A stretch of DNA of 63,932 nucleotides, the filler included, from Octopus bimaculoides (lineage: Eukaryota), in NCBI RefSeq assembly GCF_001194135.2. It is 4 parts of 4 records of this genome, joined end to end, with 100 filler letters (N's around TTAATTAATTAA, not from the genome) between each part and the next. Parts side by side here need not be neighbours in the genome. Positions count along the whole stretch, not along the records: positions 23,042 to 51,984 come from NC_068992.1; positions 52,085 to 62,824 come from NC_068990.1; 2 more parts are not named here. One strand, 5' to 3'. The notes under the pieces are model-generated. The model had not been told where the DNA came from and ran no database searches. It worked only from the letters and a program-made list of their open reading frames with translations. This document shows positions 48,645-61,700 of this stretch, piece after piece. The position numbers were made by a program, and so were the translations under genes. Positions within the stretch are counted from its first letter, which is position 1. The number at the start of each line of letters is the position of its first letter.

Positions 48645-49919
48645 AGTACAAACGCACGAACGATGTCATAAATAACAGTACTGACGATAGTTGTTGACAA
48701 ACAACGGCAGTAATTTTATTNNNNNNNNNNNNNNNNNNNNNNNNNNNNNNNNNNNNNNNNNNNNNNNNNNNNNNNNNNNNNNNNNNNNNNNNNNNNNNNN
48801 NNNNNNNNNNNNNNNNNNNNNNNNNNNNNNNNNNNNNNNNNNNNNNNNNNNNNNNNNNNNNNNNNNNNNNNNNNNNNNNNNNNNNNNNNNNNNNNNNNNN
48901 NNNNNNNNNNNNNNNNNNNNNNNNNNNNNNNNNNNNNNNNNNNNNNNNNNNNNNNNNNNNNNNNNNNNNNNNNNNNNNNNNNNNNNNNNNNNNNNNNNNN
49001 NNNNNNNNNNNNNNNNNNNNNNNNNNNNNNNNNNNNNNNNNNNNNNNNNNNNNNNNNNNNNNNNNNNNNNNNNNNNNNNNNNNNNNNNNNNNNNNNNNNN
49101 NNNNNNNNNNNNNNNNNNNNNNNNNNNNNNNNNNNNNNNNNNNNNNNNNNNNNNNNNNNNNNNNNNNNNNNNNNNNNNNNNNNNNNNNNNNNNNNNNNNN
49201 NNNNNNNNNNNNGTAAATATAAACAACTGAATACTTGTCAGTGATTGGTTGAAATTATCGAAATAAGACAATTTTTTACATGAAATAAATTCGAATACAA
49301 AAATATTTTTCTGTTCTATAACACAAAATAGATAAGTATACGAAGTTTGAAAGTCTTTCGGTACCAAAAATACTACGTAAAACATTAATGAAAAATGTGG
49401 CCCCCGTTTTAAAAAAGATCCAGTGTTTCGTTAGAAAACAAACGGTGTCCGCCAAATCTCCCTCAAATGAGACCCTGCAGTCTTAAATAGAGAAAAGGAA
49501 TCGTTGGACAGTCCATGATATATAAAAGGCGAAAGAGTTACGGATGGTACACTAACCTTATTGCCAAGCAAAGTACAACAGCAGAGTTACAAATTGACCA
49601 ATATCAGACATGTCTTGTTATTGTTATTTAGCACAGCTCAAATATGATCAGTCATCTAAAAAGCTTTCCAGTCTTTTGTACAGACATTGTATATGTGTAT
49701 TTAAATAACCATGTTATCCAGTGTATTTTCGGATATCAGCTGAAGACGGTAGGGTGGAATTAAAAGATTTGGCTGCTATTTCTAGCTAGTCGAGCAACTG
49801 CGTATGGGCGCCTTTGTTGGCTCGTTTTCTGATTTATTTCATGATTAAAGAAGCCATATGCAACTAATTTGTTATCAACGCTTCCATACAGAAACTGTAA
49901 GACTTCACATTCCACTGAA

Positions 49920-50005
49920 ACACGTGTGGGGGGAGAGAGAGAGAGAGGAGGTGGGTGGGTGAATTGATCTGCGCATGCAGATTTGATATATTCAAATCTG
50001 AATGT
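49920..50005. promoter_or_regulatory. Candidate promoter motifs upstream of UBIAD1
   Basis: E-box cacgtg, a GA-repeat, an NRF1-like near-palindrome atctgcgcatgcagat, and the hairpin cagatttga-tatat-tcaaatctg, about 450-520 bp upstream of the ATG. Confidence 0.3.
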
Positions 50006-50441
50006 CTGAGTATGTGTGTGAAGCCAATAAAATTAAGACACGAACTGGATTTTATTTAGCAGAGAAAAAAAAATACTGAACTTCAAGGTTGAACAGTTTT
50101 CTTAAGAATTTACGTTTTCCTGATCTACTATTTATAAACCCTGCATATCTTCCTGCCAAAACTTCTTTTATAATTGCTTAATACCACCATTTGGCCTATC
50201 TAAAATACCCGCGGCATTTATCTAACATACAGTTTTTGGTTTTTAAAAAAAGATAGCTAAAATAGAAAAGACTATACTTTAATACATTACTGTCGCTGCC
50301 AAAACGAAAACAACTTTTTTATAAGAACACATTTCAAAAAATACCTTGAGAGAATTATATACGAATACTTTATTAACAAAATCACACACGTTGCTGTAAT
50401 TCAAGCGCGAGAACTACTAGAGCATTTCCATTTGGAGAATT

Positions 50442-51323
50442 ATGGCGATTTTGAAAGAGCTTTTGCTGTCAGTCCGACCTTGGTCTTTTTCGGCATCTAT
50501 CGTCCCTAGTATTATTGGGATAATCCTAGTGAGAACTAACCCCGACCACAATCCGACTATGTGCCTTATTTGTAGTACATTATTCACTGTACTTTTAATT
50601 CATGCTGCTGGTAACCTGAACAACACCTTCTGCGATTTCATAAATGGGGTCGATCAGAAAGATTCCACACACGACCCGACCCTGACCGATGCCAAACTGA
50701 CCAAAGACCAGCTGTTATTATTGCGAAATGTTTGCTATATCGCTTCTCTCTTTTCACTCACTTTCACCGTTGTCTATTCCCCGGCTTCACATCTATCCTT
50801 GATTGTTCTGTACAGTCTGGGAGTTGTTAGCAGTTTGATCTACACCGGTTGGATAGCCCTCAAATACAGGGCACTAGGCGATTTCCTGATCTTCTTAACT
50901 TTTGGACCTTTAGTAACAGAGTTTTCTTACCTAAGCTGCAGCGGTTTCTTGTCCGGAAGGGCAGCAGTCCTAGTGCTGCCCATGGCAACCAATGCGGTCG
51001 CTATACTCCACGCTAACAACATGAGGGACGAAGTAGCCGATAGGAAAGCAGGAATTCTCACTCTACCCATGGTACTTGGAAAGCACATTTCTCGTCAGCT
51101 GATGATAGTGCTGCTCTTTTCGTCTTACATATTTCTTCTACTCATAATCGCTTTCACATGTAACCTGCTCTTTGTTTTGCCCGCATTAACTGCATTTGCT
51201 CTGGTTCCGCTTTACAAACGCGTACAGGAATTTGACATGATCGGACTTCCCGAGACACTGGCCAAACTTAATTTAGTACAAGGTTTGCTCTACTGTTTCA
51301 CGCTTCTTTTCTCAAATATTTAA
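50442..51323 (+). CDS. UBIAD1: UbiA prenyltransferase domain-containing protein 1-like (heixuedian/MenA family), 293 aa, single coding exon
   Basis: Intact multi-TM ORF with RPWSFSAS, HAAGNLNNTFCDF..G.D, LKYRALGD..IFLTFGPL, AILHANNMRDEVADRKAGILTL and LPETLAKLNL, all collinear with UBIAD1. Confidence 0.93.
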   Translation: MAILKELLLSVRPWSFSASIVPSIIGIILVRTNPDHNPTMCLICSTLFTVLLIHAAGNLNNTFCDFINGVDQKDSTHDPTLTDAKLTKDQLLLLRNVCYIASLFSLTFTVVYSPASHLSLIVLYSLGVVSSLIYTGWIALKYRALGDFLIFLTFGPLVTEFSYLSCSGFLSGRAAVLVLPMATNAVAILHANNMRDEVADRKAGILTLPMVLGKHISRQLMIVLLFSSYIFLLLIIAFTCNLLFVLPALTAFALVPLYKRVQEFDMIGLPETLAKLNLVQGLLYCFTLLFSNI

Positions 51324-52084
51324 ACAATTTAACTTAGGAAACCGAAATCATATCAGAGAAGCCTACCTTTATGTTGACTAAAAGCAAAACAAAAATGAAT
51401 AATAGTTAAGAGAAAAAAAAAAAAGCTCAACTTCATCCGATAATCGTTAAGTGTCCAGAAAAAAAGTCACTATTTTAGCAAGGAAAACTTAAAATACCTC
51501 GCATTGTATTGTGGCATTACAAGCATATTCAATATTTGGCGATCTTTTTAATGTTGATGACTAAAAAGAATATTCCAGCCTATATCACGAAGAAGTCAGT
51601 TTTTCCAGGTTCATAGCTAACAATTTGCCTTATTTAACAAATCAAAGACATTAACCATATAAAACACACCTTAAAATATTGTCCGCTTTAAACACAAACG
51701 GAGCTAAAACCGTCAATTACAAAAGAGTGAGCTTAGGTAATGTTTCATGTTCACTGCACATTGACACAAGTAAAAAAGGGGGGGGGGGAATCCAAAATTC
51801 ACCCGACAATATGCTAAAAGTACTTAGGACTTTATAAAACACATACAAACCTACAAGGCAAGTGTTTCTTAACGTCATTTCCTGCATTTTCTCCCATCCA
51901 GACTACACACACAAGAAAAGGCTGTTTTGTATACAATTTATTGCATGATATTAGCAGCTTTATTATAATTTAACATTAAAAAAANNNNNNNNNNNNNNNN
52001 NNNNNNNNNNNNNNNNNNNNNNNNNNNNTTAATTAATTAANNNNNNNNNNNNNNNNNNNNNNNNNNNNNNNNNNNNNNNNNNNN

Positions 52085-53600
52085 TGGGAGGGGAAAGGTA
52101 TTGGGGTCTATTTTTGTGTGTGTTGATTTTGTTGTTGGTGGTGTTGGTGCTGTTTCGTGACAGTTGGGATGTGGTGTTTGGGTTTTTTGGGGTGGGGTGT
52201 GAGTCTTTTTCGTGTTCCCTTCTTCTTGTGGGGTTGTTGTTGTTGTTGTTGGTGGTGATGGTACTGATTCTGTTCTTGGTGGTACTGGTGGTGTTGTTGT
52301 TTGGTTTGGCTGGCTTGCTGGTTGCTGGTTGCTGGTTGCTGGCGTTTCTCCATTTCTTTGTACAGCTGCTTGACCAGTTGTGCATATGGCGGTGTGGGTA
52401 GTAATGCTGTTTTTTCTTCTGTTTCTGGTTTTCTTGTGGTTGTTGTTGTTGTCTTTCCTGGTCTTGTTGTTGACGTTGTTGTTGCCTTTGCTCCTGGGCT
52501 ACTGGGCATGTGCTTCGTAGATGAGTTTTGCTGCTACAAACGTAGCAACTTGGCCTTCTGCCTTCGACGGCAACATGGAAATTCGAATCCTCTGTTAATT
52601 GGATTCTGTGAGGAATCTTCTAGTAATTGGCTGGATCAACTTCTACCAGGAGTTGAATTTCCTGGCCAATCCAGTTTTCATGGTACACGGCAGTAACTTC
52701 TAAAATATTTACTTCCTCCTCTCTGTCGAGACATATGGCTGATACGAGCCATTTTTCCTCAATTTCAGGAGGCACATTTGATATTTTTATCTTTGTAACC
52801 CTACGACCAAGGTACGTAGGGATCATGAGCAGGTTCTCATGTTGCAATGGCTTTGTGGGGAGGTCCTTGGCTTGCTGCTCGCTGTCGAATCTCACCTCGA
52901 TTGTTGCGAACTTGGTTCCTCTTGTAATATAGGTTTTATTAGCCCATATGGGCCTTAGACATCTCTCAAACCTTTTCCTAACTAAATTTTTCCGGAGTCT
53001 TCGTTTTTGTGTTTATGGTTTTGTAGATAATGGTTTTTTGCTATGTTTTTTTAAGGTCTGCGGGTGTCTGTAGATGGACTGTTATGTCCTTTTTGCTTAG
53101 CATACTTTTGCATGCGAGTAATTCTTCTTTCGAGAAATTCAATATTTTTTCTGGGCTTCAAAGCCTCGGCAAAGTTCGTGTTTGTTGTGGTGGTGGCGGC
53201 GGCGGTGGTTGTGGTAGCAGTGGTGAAGACAGTGGTTGCATTAGCAAGGACATTTGTGTCGTTGTTGTTGCTGTTGTTGTCACTGGTGGTGGTGGCAGGC
53301 GAGACTGCTGTAGCAGCAGAGTTTTTGGACGTGATGGTGGTGGTGGTGGTGGTTGAGGCAGCAGCAGTAGACTCAGAGGCATTGCTTTTCTCCACCACCT
53401 GTCTGCGTTCATGCGGAACGGCATTCGGTTCTTTCGCCTCTGGCATTGGGGGCGGGAAATCGGCCTCGTTGATTACCTTAGCCATATTTGTTTTACAGAA
53501 TATGGCAAGGATCGAGGAAAAGTTTTTGAACATTTGGAAATAAGGCTCTAAATAGAGCTACTTCCGATTCGAAAAATATAACGTCGCAAAGTATTTTGTG
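52085..53600 (-). mobile_element. Tx1/L1-type non-LTR retrotransposon ORF1 (gag-like), disrupted
   Basis: Minus frames give TYLGRRVTKIKISNVPPEI (RRM-like) and EGRRPSCYVCSSKTHLRSTC (CX2CX4HX4C knuckle, about 52500-52560), a T/A-rich N-terminus and Q-rich C-terminus. Stops and frameshifts near 53000-53050. Confidence 0.8.
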
Positions 53601-53725
53601 TTATACACAACTTGTACAAAATTAAAAAACAAAATAGGACTTTTTACAGGCAACTTACATGGGAGCCGATGTGTCTAACGTCCGTCCATGTGGAGGTTGT
53701 ATAATTGTGTATTTTTGTATGTAGA

Positions 53726-53727
53726 TT

Positions 53728-53766
<39 letters not shown>

Positions 53767-53799
53767 GGATGGATGGATGGATGGATGGATGGATGGATG

Positions 53800-53842
<43 letters not shown>
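53726..53842. repeat. Compound (GATA)n-(GGAT)n-(GATA)n microsatellite
   Basis: Read directly from the sequence. Confidence 0.95.
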
Positions 53843-53843
<1 letters not shown>

Positions 53844-54354
53844 CTGCGAGTGATTATATAACGGAGTAATGATATCTCTAAAATGTAATTAAAAATGTAT
53901 GTGTTTCTAATTAAAAATGCTAATTTACTAAAATGGTAGAAACCAAAACCAATTAACTTCATTCTATCTTTTTCCCAGAATTTGAAAAGACTTGAGTTAT
54001 TTTTGGAACATATTCTCTAATCTTTAACTAAATCTTTTATTTTATTTAAGCAACCATTAAAGTTAAAACAGATTTTCGTTTCTTTAATTTTCTCGCATAT
54101 AAATTATTTAAAATTTGACATTTAATGAATGTGTGACTGTGTGTGCATATGCACCTATGTATGTAAATATCAATGTATACACACACACATACACACACAC
54201 AGAGAAACACACACACATAGAGACATGCACACATACACACATAGATAGATAGATGCCTTGCTATTAGACGGATCAAAATGAAGAAATCTATATAGCGCTT
54301 AAAGAATTGTAAAGTAATCTATTTTCAATTCCAAGTTCAAATTTAGGCAAAAGA

Positions 54355-54600
54355 ACAACAATGTTGAGAGGAAGGCGCTTCTAAATTAGATCGCACCTAG
54401 TATTTAACTGGTAATTTATTTTATCAATCCTAAAAGAACGACAGGCAAATTTGGCCTCGGCTGAATTTAAAATCAGAACGTTAAAGGTATGCGTGTCTGT
54501 GGAGCATTCAGCCACTTTCACGTTAATTTCACGAGCAGGCAGTTGCGTTGATCGAATCAACTGCAGCACCCATCGACGTAACCGACGGAAACCCAGGCCA
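54355..54600. mobile_element. SINE family D (minus strand) abutting a plus-strand copy of the 28768 repeat tail
   Basis: ttaactggtaatttattttatcaatcctaaaagaacgacaggcaaatttggcctcggctgaattt, then gtctgtggagcattcagccactttcacgttaatttcacgagcagg. Confidence 0.6.
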
Positions 54601-56764
54601 GACACACAGACTTGATGTTACATTATATAATAGTAACAGTTACATAACAAAAAATACTAACAGTTACAGTGTGTTCGTTGAGTTTGATAGTTTTAACAAC
54701 AACCAAACCATTAAATGTGTAATATAAGCTTCCATTATCCGTAAATGCTGAGGTGATTTCATGATTTTGTCATTATATGATTTACTTTGGAGAACGTCGT
54801 TTCAACAAGTTATGAAATGAGGGAGAAGAAAAGCAACTGTTCAACTTTTTGTCATCGAATTTGAATGTATGGTAGTAATGCTCTTGTTTAGCTACATGAC
54901 ACTGTTTGCATGCCATTTTGGATTCAGCGTCACGTCACGTGTGAATGTCCGTCCCATGATCCACATAATAATCATTTTGTACATTTAGGCACAAGTCCTG
55001 AAATTTTAGCCTAGACATTAATAAGGAAGCGATCAAAGGTTCAGTTAAGCACATCTATTTTAATGATGTCCACAAATCGTGACTCTTAGTGAAGTGAAAT
55101 ACACAAAATGATTCATCTACAACACGAGTCAAGTGTGGAAGATAAAGCAAACCTTTACGTAAGATATAACGACGAGAGACTAGCAGTTTCTCATTTGAAA
55201 AATTCATATGTTTAGTTTCAGTAACGAGTCAGTTGCCTTTGGAAAGCCATTGTACTTCTGTCTATAGAAGAAATTTGTCAAATTCTTGTCTTGTTTACAG
55301 TAAGTAGATGTTGAAAACATTTGACCTTATTTTATTATCTTCATTGCAATCATGAGTGATTAATGTCGATATGGGATGAGGTGTTTTACAATGAAATGTT
55401 GCTGAAACTTTTTTTTTTTTAAATATATCGATTAACCTTAGTGGGTGTTCTATCGGTTACACAAGAAATGTATCAATAAGAACTTTGTTGTTAGTGAAAA
55501 AAGCAAACACATGGAGACAAAGATCAGCTCATTCTTTGCATCAATCTCCCGTTTTTCAGAAGAAAATCTATTTCCTCTTGAAATTCACCATATTCTAAAA
55601 CTTTGTTATATACCATTAACAATGCATCACTAGAACCAGAAATGGGTTCATTTAGCTGTATGGAAAATACTTGTTCACACAGTTTTGAATTATCGGAGCT
55701 TTTACATTACTCGCTTTTTCATCGATCCGACTTTTGATGGTTTTTGACGTTTAAAGGAATAAGATTCAGAACATCCCACTTTTTATTATCATATTTAACA
55801 AAGCCTCACTCATGGAAAGTTTTACTAACTTGACACAGTCTACGGTTCGTTGCTTTTGGCCATCATAGCTGATAGGAAGTGTGTAACGCTTTTAAACTAT
55901 TAAGATTAGATCGATTTCTGGAAGCAAACAACGCCAAATTGTGTTTCTAACCCCAAGTTATTCATTAAAGAGCACAGGATGTTCAAACAGCTTCATTTTA
56001 TTTTTGTCACTATTTTGTTTAAATGGCCATACAGTATTTATGGCTTCGTAGACACATTTGAGAAGGTCAAAATTAGGAGACGATGGTCCGTCTGTGACTG
56101 AACAACTCCCCAAAAAGATAATCGAAATAAAATCGATGATACACTTTTTCAGACATTACAGGGAAATATTACAAAAATAGTACATATTCGTTAATTGACA
56201 GTTTCGTAGAATCAAGCAAAATTGATATGAGAGTGAGTAAATTTCTTTCAATTCTAGTTCTCTTACTGCCGTTATGTTATATTACAACTTGAATTTTGCT
56301 AAACAAGTCTAAAACAGGGGAAAGCGTACCGAATAATTCTGTCTTGTTTTCCATAGACACGACCTGTCCCACAAGCTAATACTAGTGCTGCATACGAAAT
56401 TATTGAGGTTTGTTTTACTATACTTATATAGTGAAACAGTCAATTAGTACTGATGGTTTCATGACTAGGTCCTACTACTACAAAAATTGTGTCAGAACAA
56501 ACCACCACTATAATCGCACTTTCACAGGTGTTAGCTTACAGATTACCAAGCACAGATTATGATAATTATTTGTGCGTGTATATTCCATTGTATTTATGTA
56601 TATATATATATATATATGTATTTATATAGATACACACACAGACACCTATGTATGTATTTATGTATGTATGTATCATCTGATGGAAACAGTTTTTTACGAT
56701 GATATAATGTACTTATTCATTTAATGTACTCAAAATGCGTTGGAAACAGCTGTAATGGACTTAC

Positions 56765-56900
56765 ATAATCTGTGGCTGTTTGGTAAGAAGCTTGCTTCCC
56801 AACCACATGGTTCCGGGTTCAGTCTCATTCTGTACCACCTTGGGCAAGTGTCTTCTGCAATAGTCTCATGTCGACCAAAGCCTTGTGACTGGATTTGGTA
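56765..56900 (+). mobile_element. SINE family B head
   Basis: gtggctgtttggtaagaagcttgcttcccaaccacatggttccgggttcagt...accttgggcaagtgtcttc. Confidence 0.85.
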
Positions 56901-56979
56901 ACAAAAGCAAAGTTTGAAGGGAATATTACGCGTTTTTCATACTTTCTAGGCGTGTTCAAGCGTGGCCCGTCAAGCTGAG

Positions 56980-57039
<60 letters not shown>

Positions 57040-57105
57040 CAGTTTTAAAAAGGATGTTTTAATGTATGCCATCTCAAGGAAACCAAAAGATTTTTCTTAT
57101 ATGGA

Positions 57106-57138
<33 letters not shown>

Positions 57139-57166
57139 TGGATGGATAGATAGATAGATAGATAGG

Positions 57167-57208
<42 letters not shown>

Positions 57209-58059
57209 TAATAGCTCCCTACAGGTGCAGCGCCACAACAAAGCGTCCGTAAAAATGTAAACACGTGGACTGCAATACCTCTAAACCAAAACTGCGAAAC
57301 TGAATAAACTTTTAATCACATATGCAACATATCTCTACAAATCCTCTGTACATATGCACATTGCTGCTTCTCGGTTTCTCGCTTATACAACAATAATAAT
57401 TATAATGCTTATACAACCCACACAGGGATGTACATATAACAAACACCGAACGCACGATATTTGAATATCTTTAACCAAAGATGCAACAAGCCTCATTCCT
57501 CTGATGTAGAAAGGAACAACTATGACCAACGTTCAGAATAAAGGAGAAACTAATAGTAGTTAACTTCGTTCAGTGAGCCTCGGGTAATCACTATACTAAA
57601 GAGGCGGTGTTTTGTCAAAACGTTAACGCTGTAAAGACGGGCCCATCTCTTAACGTCACTGCCTAAACGAATAACAAAGCCAAAAAAGAGCGATGGACTA
57701 CAATGAAGTGATATACGCACACTACAATGCAACACTCCCCCCAAACATACAAGAATAAATTTATACACTAAATACCCAGTAAAATGATTATCCCCACAAC
57801 ATGTACCATAGAAGCCCGGTACCCAACAGAAGAACACAACCTACACAAACAAACAACATGACACACAATACAAACACTCATAGATTGGAATATTCGAACT
57901 AAATCACATAACAAAACATATTGATGCAATGCAATACTCCTCAAACTAAATAAAATTCCGTACACACCTCACCAGCACTAAAGTGCAATAAAACGGTACT
58001 TGAAACTACCAATTGTTGAATAATAATAGTAGTGATGATGATAGTGACGAACATTACCG

Positions 58060-59070
58060 TACTCCAATTTATGAGAGACAAAAACTTGCCTAGAAACTCT
58101 GGTTGTAACAGCGAAATTTAAGCCTCTCGCTCGGCAGTGGTTCAGTACAGATGCAGAATGACCACAACTGCTATCCTAAGACAGTATCAGCAGATAATGG
58201 AGTAAGGAGATGGAAACAGTATAGTGATGCAGTGCTACTTAGAAAGTGAACCTAAAAGAAAGGGTTATAGAAATCGGATGTTAATACTGTGTAGAGAAGA
58301 ATATGGTTAAAGTGACTGGGTAGAGACTAGTACAACAAGCTAATACTATTAGAAGAAAGTGGATGACAGATTTGGAGTAGCAAGAGATCACAAGAGAACT
58401 GGAAAAGAAAAGCCAGTGAGTTTAAAAAAAACAACAACATAAGCGATACAGGTCAAACAAATGAAGAACCTAAAGAAAAAAATAATAATAGCATTATCGA
58501 TCAGAAAGGGACAAATGGCACCAGTGGCTTAAGCGATTTAATTGAGGAAGATTTTTGATGAGTTGCAGGAAGAAAGAACATGATTACAGAAAGAAGTAAG
58601 AACAAGATTAAAAGGTAGCAACGGAAAGAAGCTGCTAAATATGACTAGGCAAATATTTTTTTATCAGTAGGATAAATACTAAAAATATAGGTGACACTAA
58701 CTTAGTGATCTATGCAGGAGGGGTAGTTGTAACTAGAAGATTAGATATACCTCAAGAAAAGATTAAAAGAATAAACAAATGTGGAAAAGGAGATTACAAA
58801 AAAAGTGAAGATTTAAAACTATATCATTAGAAAAGAAACCTGTTAGGAAACAATATCTAAATCTTATCTTGAGAAAACATACGTAGTCAAAGAGAAAGGA
58901 TTTGAGATAGTCATGGAAGAGTTGAAACAGCGTATCATAGCATTAATATCACAAAAGAATAAATTTGTATCAACAGAATAGATTATTTGAGACAGATCAG
59001 AGGAGATTTTATAGCCACATAAATATTGGAGAAGAAAGTCCTGAAGATGAGAAACCTAATTCAGGATCTC
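58060..59070 (+). mobile_element. Decayed Dong/R4-like LINE, N-terminal ORF region
   Basis: Frames give VMQCYLESEPKRKGYRNRML, QQANTIRRKWMTDLE, TNLVIYAGGVVVTRRL, IVMEELKQRIIA and TDQRRFYSHIN. These match the pre-RT region of Dong/R4-type elements as I recall it; the clade call needs a profile search. Confidence 0.65.
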
Positions 59071-61700
59071 CCCTATCCAGTACTCGAGCAAACATGCTGA
59101 CGTACCACGCTGATGAGTTTGTCTAGGCAGCCGAACTTTCCCATGAGCTCCCAAAGCCCTTAACGGCTGGTGGTATCAAAGGTCTTGGTTAAGTCTACAA
59201 ACGTCGCAAGTTGATCCGTTCTGTTCCTGACACTTCTGAAGTTGGTGTGGCGCAAAAATCATGTCGACTGTCCCACGACCCTCTGAAGTCACACTCACTC
59301 TCTGGAAGATGCCCTTCTTTCATATTCTGAGTGAGGTGCTTAAGGATGACTCCTGAAACTATCATTCCAGCGACGGCAAGGAAGGAAACTCCTCCTCGGT
59401 GATTGCACAAGATTACCTATTTTTGTTTCTTTTATAGAGCTGGACAATAGAAACATCCTTGAGCTCCTGAGGAACATTGGCGAGCTTCTGCGCCAAAACT
59501 GATTCTCTTGTCTTGAATATTTCGGCTGGGATGGAGTCAGAGCCTGATGCCTTGCCATTTGATAGAAGTTTAAATGCTTTCTGGGCCTCTGCTATTCTTG
59601 GAGGGATTGTCAGAGAAGTGTTGATGTCAACTTGTTGCATGCGAGCAATGACCTCAGCGTTAGTAGAAGGCCTGCACAGGACATTGTTGAAGTGTTCTGC
59701 CCACCTTTCCAGCATAGCGTTTTTGTCACTGAGTAGAATGTGTTCCTGTAGCACGGAGCAGGAGTGAAGACAGTGGCCCATAGATAGCTTTCAGGGCATC
59801 GTAGAAGCGCTTGGAGTTATTGTTGTCAGCATACTTTTGTACTTCATCCACCTTGTTGCTGAACCAGAAATCCTTCATCTCTCTGAGCTTTACCCGCACC
59901 TTGCTTTCATGCAAGGCAGTGTGCTGTCTCGCCGAGAGACTGTAGGATTCATGTTTCTCGTCGAGAAACCTCTGACTTTCCTCATAGTTTCGGTCGAACT
60001 TGTGTTGGTATCTACACGTGATATGGTCCAGAGGAATGAGTGCAGTGCTGTATACCACGTCTCTGAACACCACATAATCCTCTTCTACTCACTCTGTAGC
60101 ATCGTCGAGTTGACTCAAATTGCTGTCCAGGTCCTCGTTGAGGTTCTGTTTCACATTGTTCTGTTCCAATTCACTGATGCTTTGTCGGTTATTTGCCGGC
60201 TTCCCTTTTAGTCACCACCTGGGCCGGATGTGCATGTTGAGTTTTGCGAGTATGACTTTGTGATCTGCCTGGCATTATGTACATTCCGCCTGTCCCATCT
60301 CCTGACTATGGCAACCAAATAGATGCCAATGTTTTCTGCATGAATGCATCCAGGACGCCTTTTTATGGTGGTTGCGGAGGCGAAACATTGTTGGTGAGCA
60401 GCAACTCATGCACTGCATAGGTCTTCAGTAGATGTCCATGGCTGTTGCTCTTGCCAACTCCGAGTCTCCCAATGACTCCCTCCTACCTGTGTCTGGGATT
60501 CAGCACCAACTCTGGCGTTTAAGTCGCCGAGAACGACGAGCTTGTCTTCTTTAAGTACAGATACTATGATGGCTTCCAAGTCTTCATAAAACTTGTCTTT
60601 GACCTCCTCAAGGTTAGTCATGGTGGAGGCGTAGTTACTGATGATGGCACAGCGCATTCGTCCGAGAGTGAACTGTAGACACATCAGTCGATCATTCACT
60701 CCTTTAGGAATGCTGGTTAATTTGCTAATCAGACTATATCTGATGGCAAAACCCACTTCTGCTTCACGACGTTCCTCGTTATTGCGGCCACATCAGATGG
60801 TGTAACCGGATTTGACCTCAATCATCTGACTTTGCCTGCAAAACTGATCTCGTTCAGAGCTACAATGTGGATGTTGTACCTGGCCTGCTGAGTTCTCTTG
60901 CGACAAGTGCTGTCCGTCTCTCAGATCTGTTTGCTTTGAAGCTGTCCATGTGCCAATGGTCAATGATGTCACCGATGTTTTCGTCTTGATGTTTCGACCG
61001 CGTAGTTGTGATCCAAGCCAAAGTGAGTTGAAGAAGGTTGTGTTTAGAGCAGATTTTCTAGCCCCTTCCTCAGGCCATTGAGGTGAGCAGAGCAATTCTA
61101 GAGAAGGCTGCTCAGACAACCATGGAACTGCCGAACTCCACTGTTGCATTTGCCAATGGGAAGCGCTCCTATGCCCTGAACCACCCACACGTGTGTAGGT
61201 TTGTGATGACAGCTTCTAATGCACCCATACCTGCTGCTTTGACATTTGCTCATCACCACACGACTGAAAGGTGAGTTTTGGATGGTGTGATGTCTTGATT
61301 TGCACTTTAATAAGTGAAAGAGGGTTGCGCAATGCTATCTGCTTACACTCCCGTTCTTCCTATCCGATTCCAGTGGCAGGATGAAGTCAGAACGACTAGA
61401 GACAGGTCGGGAATGCAGTGGATGGCCACAGTGTCCTTCGTATCTTACTGTGCCCAGTTTACGCTCCACAACACTTGCTGGTCCCCCTACCCGCCCATTG
61501 AACCAATCTAGCGGTTTCCTCTGCGCAGTCTTCACATGCATAGGTAGACAACCCAAGCTTACAGTTGGTGCAAAGCTATAGGCTACTCTCACCTGTAGAA
61601 GCCGTTGCTGGAGTGTGGTCGCTCCTTCTTGCAGACAGCTTAGCGGAGCCATGGGTCAAAGAAGGGTGTGAGGTGAGGACTAAAGTGGACGAACTACTCC
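59070..61700 (-). mobile_element. RTE (BovB-like) LINE: 5' UTR, APE endonuclease and first half of RT; 3'-truncated
   Basis: Minus frames give GFAIRYSLISKLTSIPKGVNDRLMCLQ...NYASTMTN...DKFYEDL...VLGDLNARVG, MLERWAEHFNNVL, GKASGSDSIPAEIFK, ESECDFR, and FVDLTKTFD...KFGCLDKL. Many frameshifts. Confidence 0.9.

Noticed and set aside
52114-53543. Val/Leu-rich plus-strand ORFs that look like membrane proteins
   Set aside because: Antisense shadows of the Thr/Gln-rich Tx1 ORF1.
59105-59140. ctgatga...gaac hammerhead-like string
   Set aside because: It is the antisense of RTE RT coding sequence (KFGCLDKLISVV), with no GAAA or proper stems.
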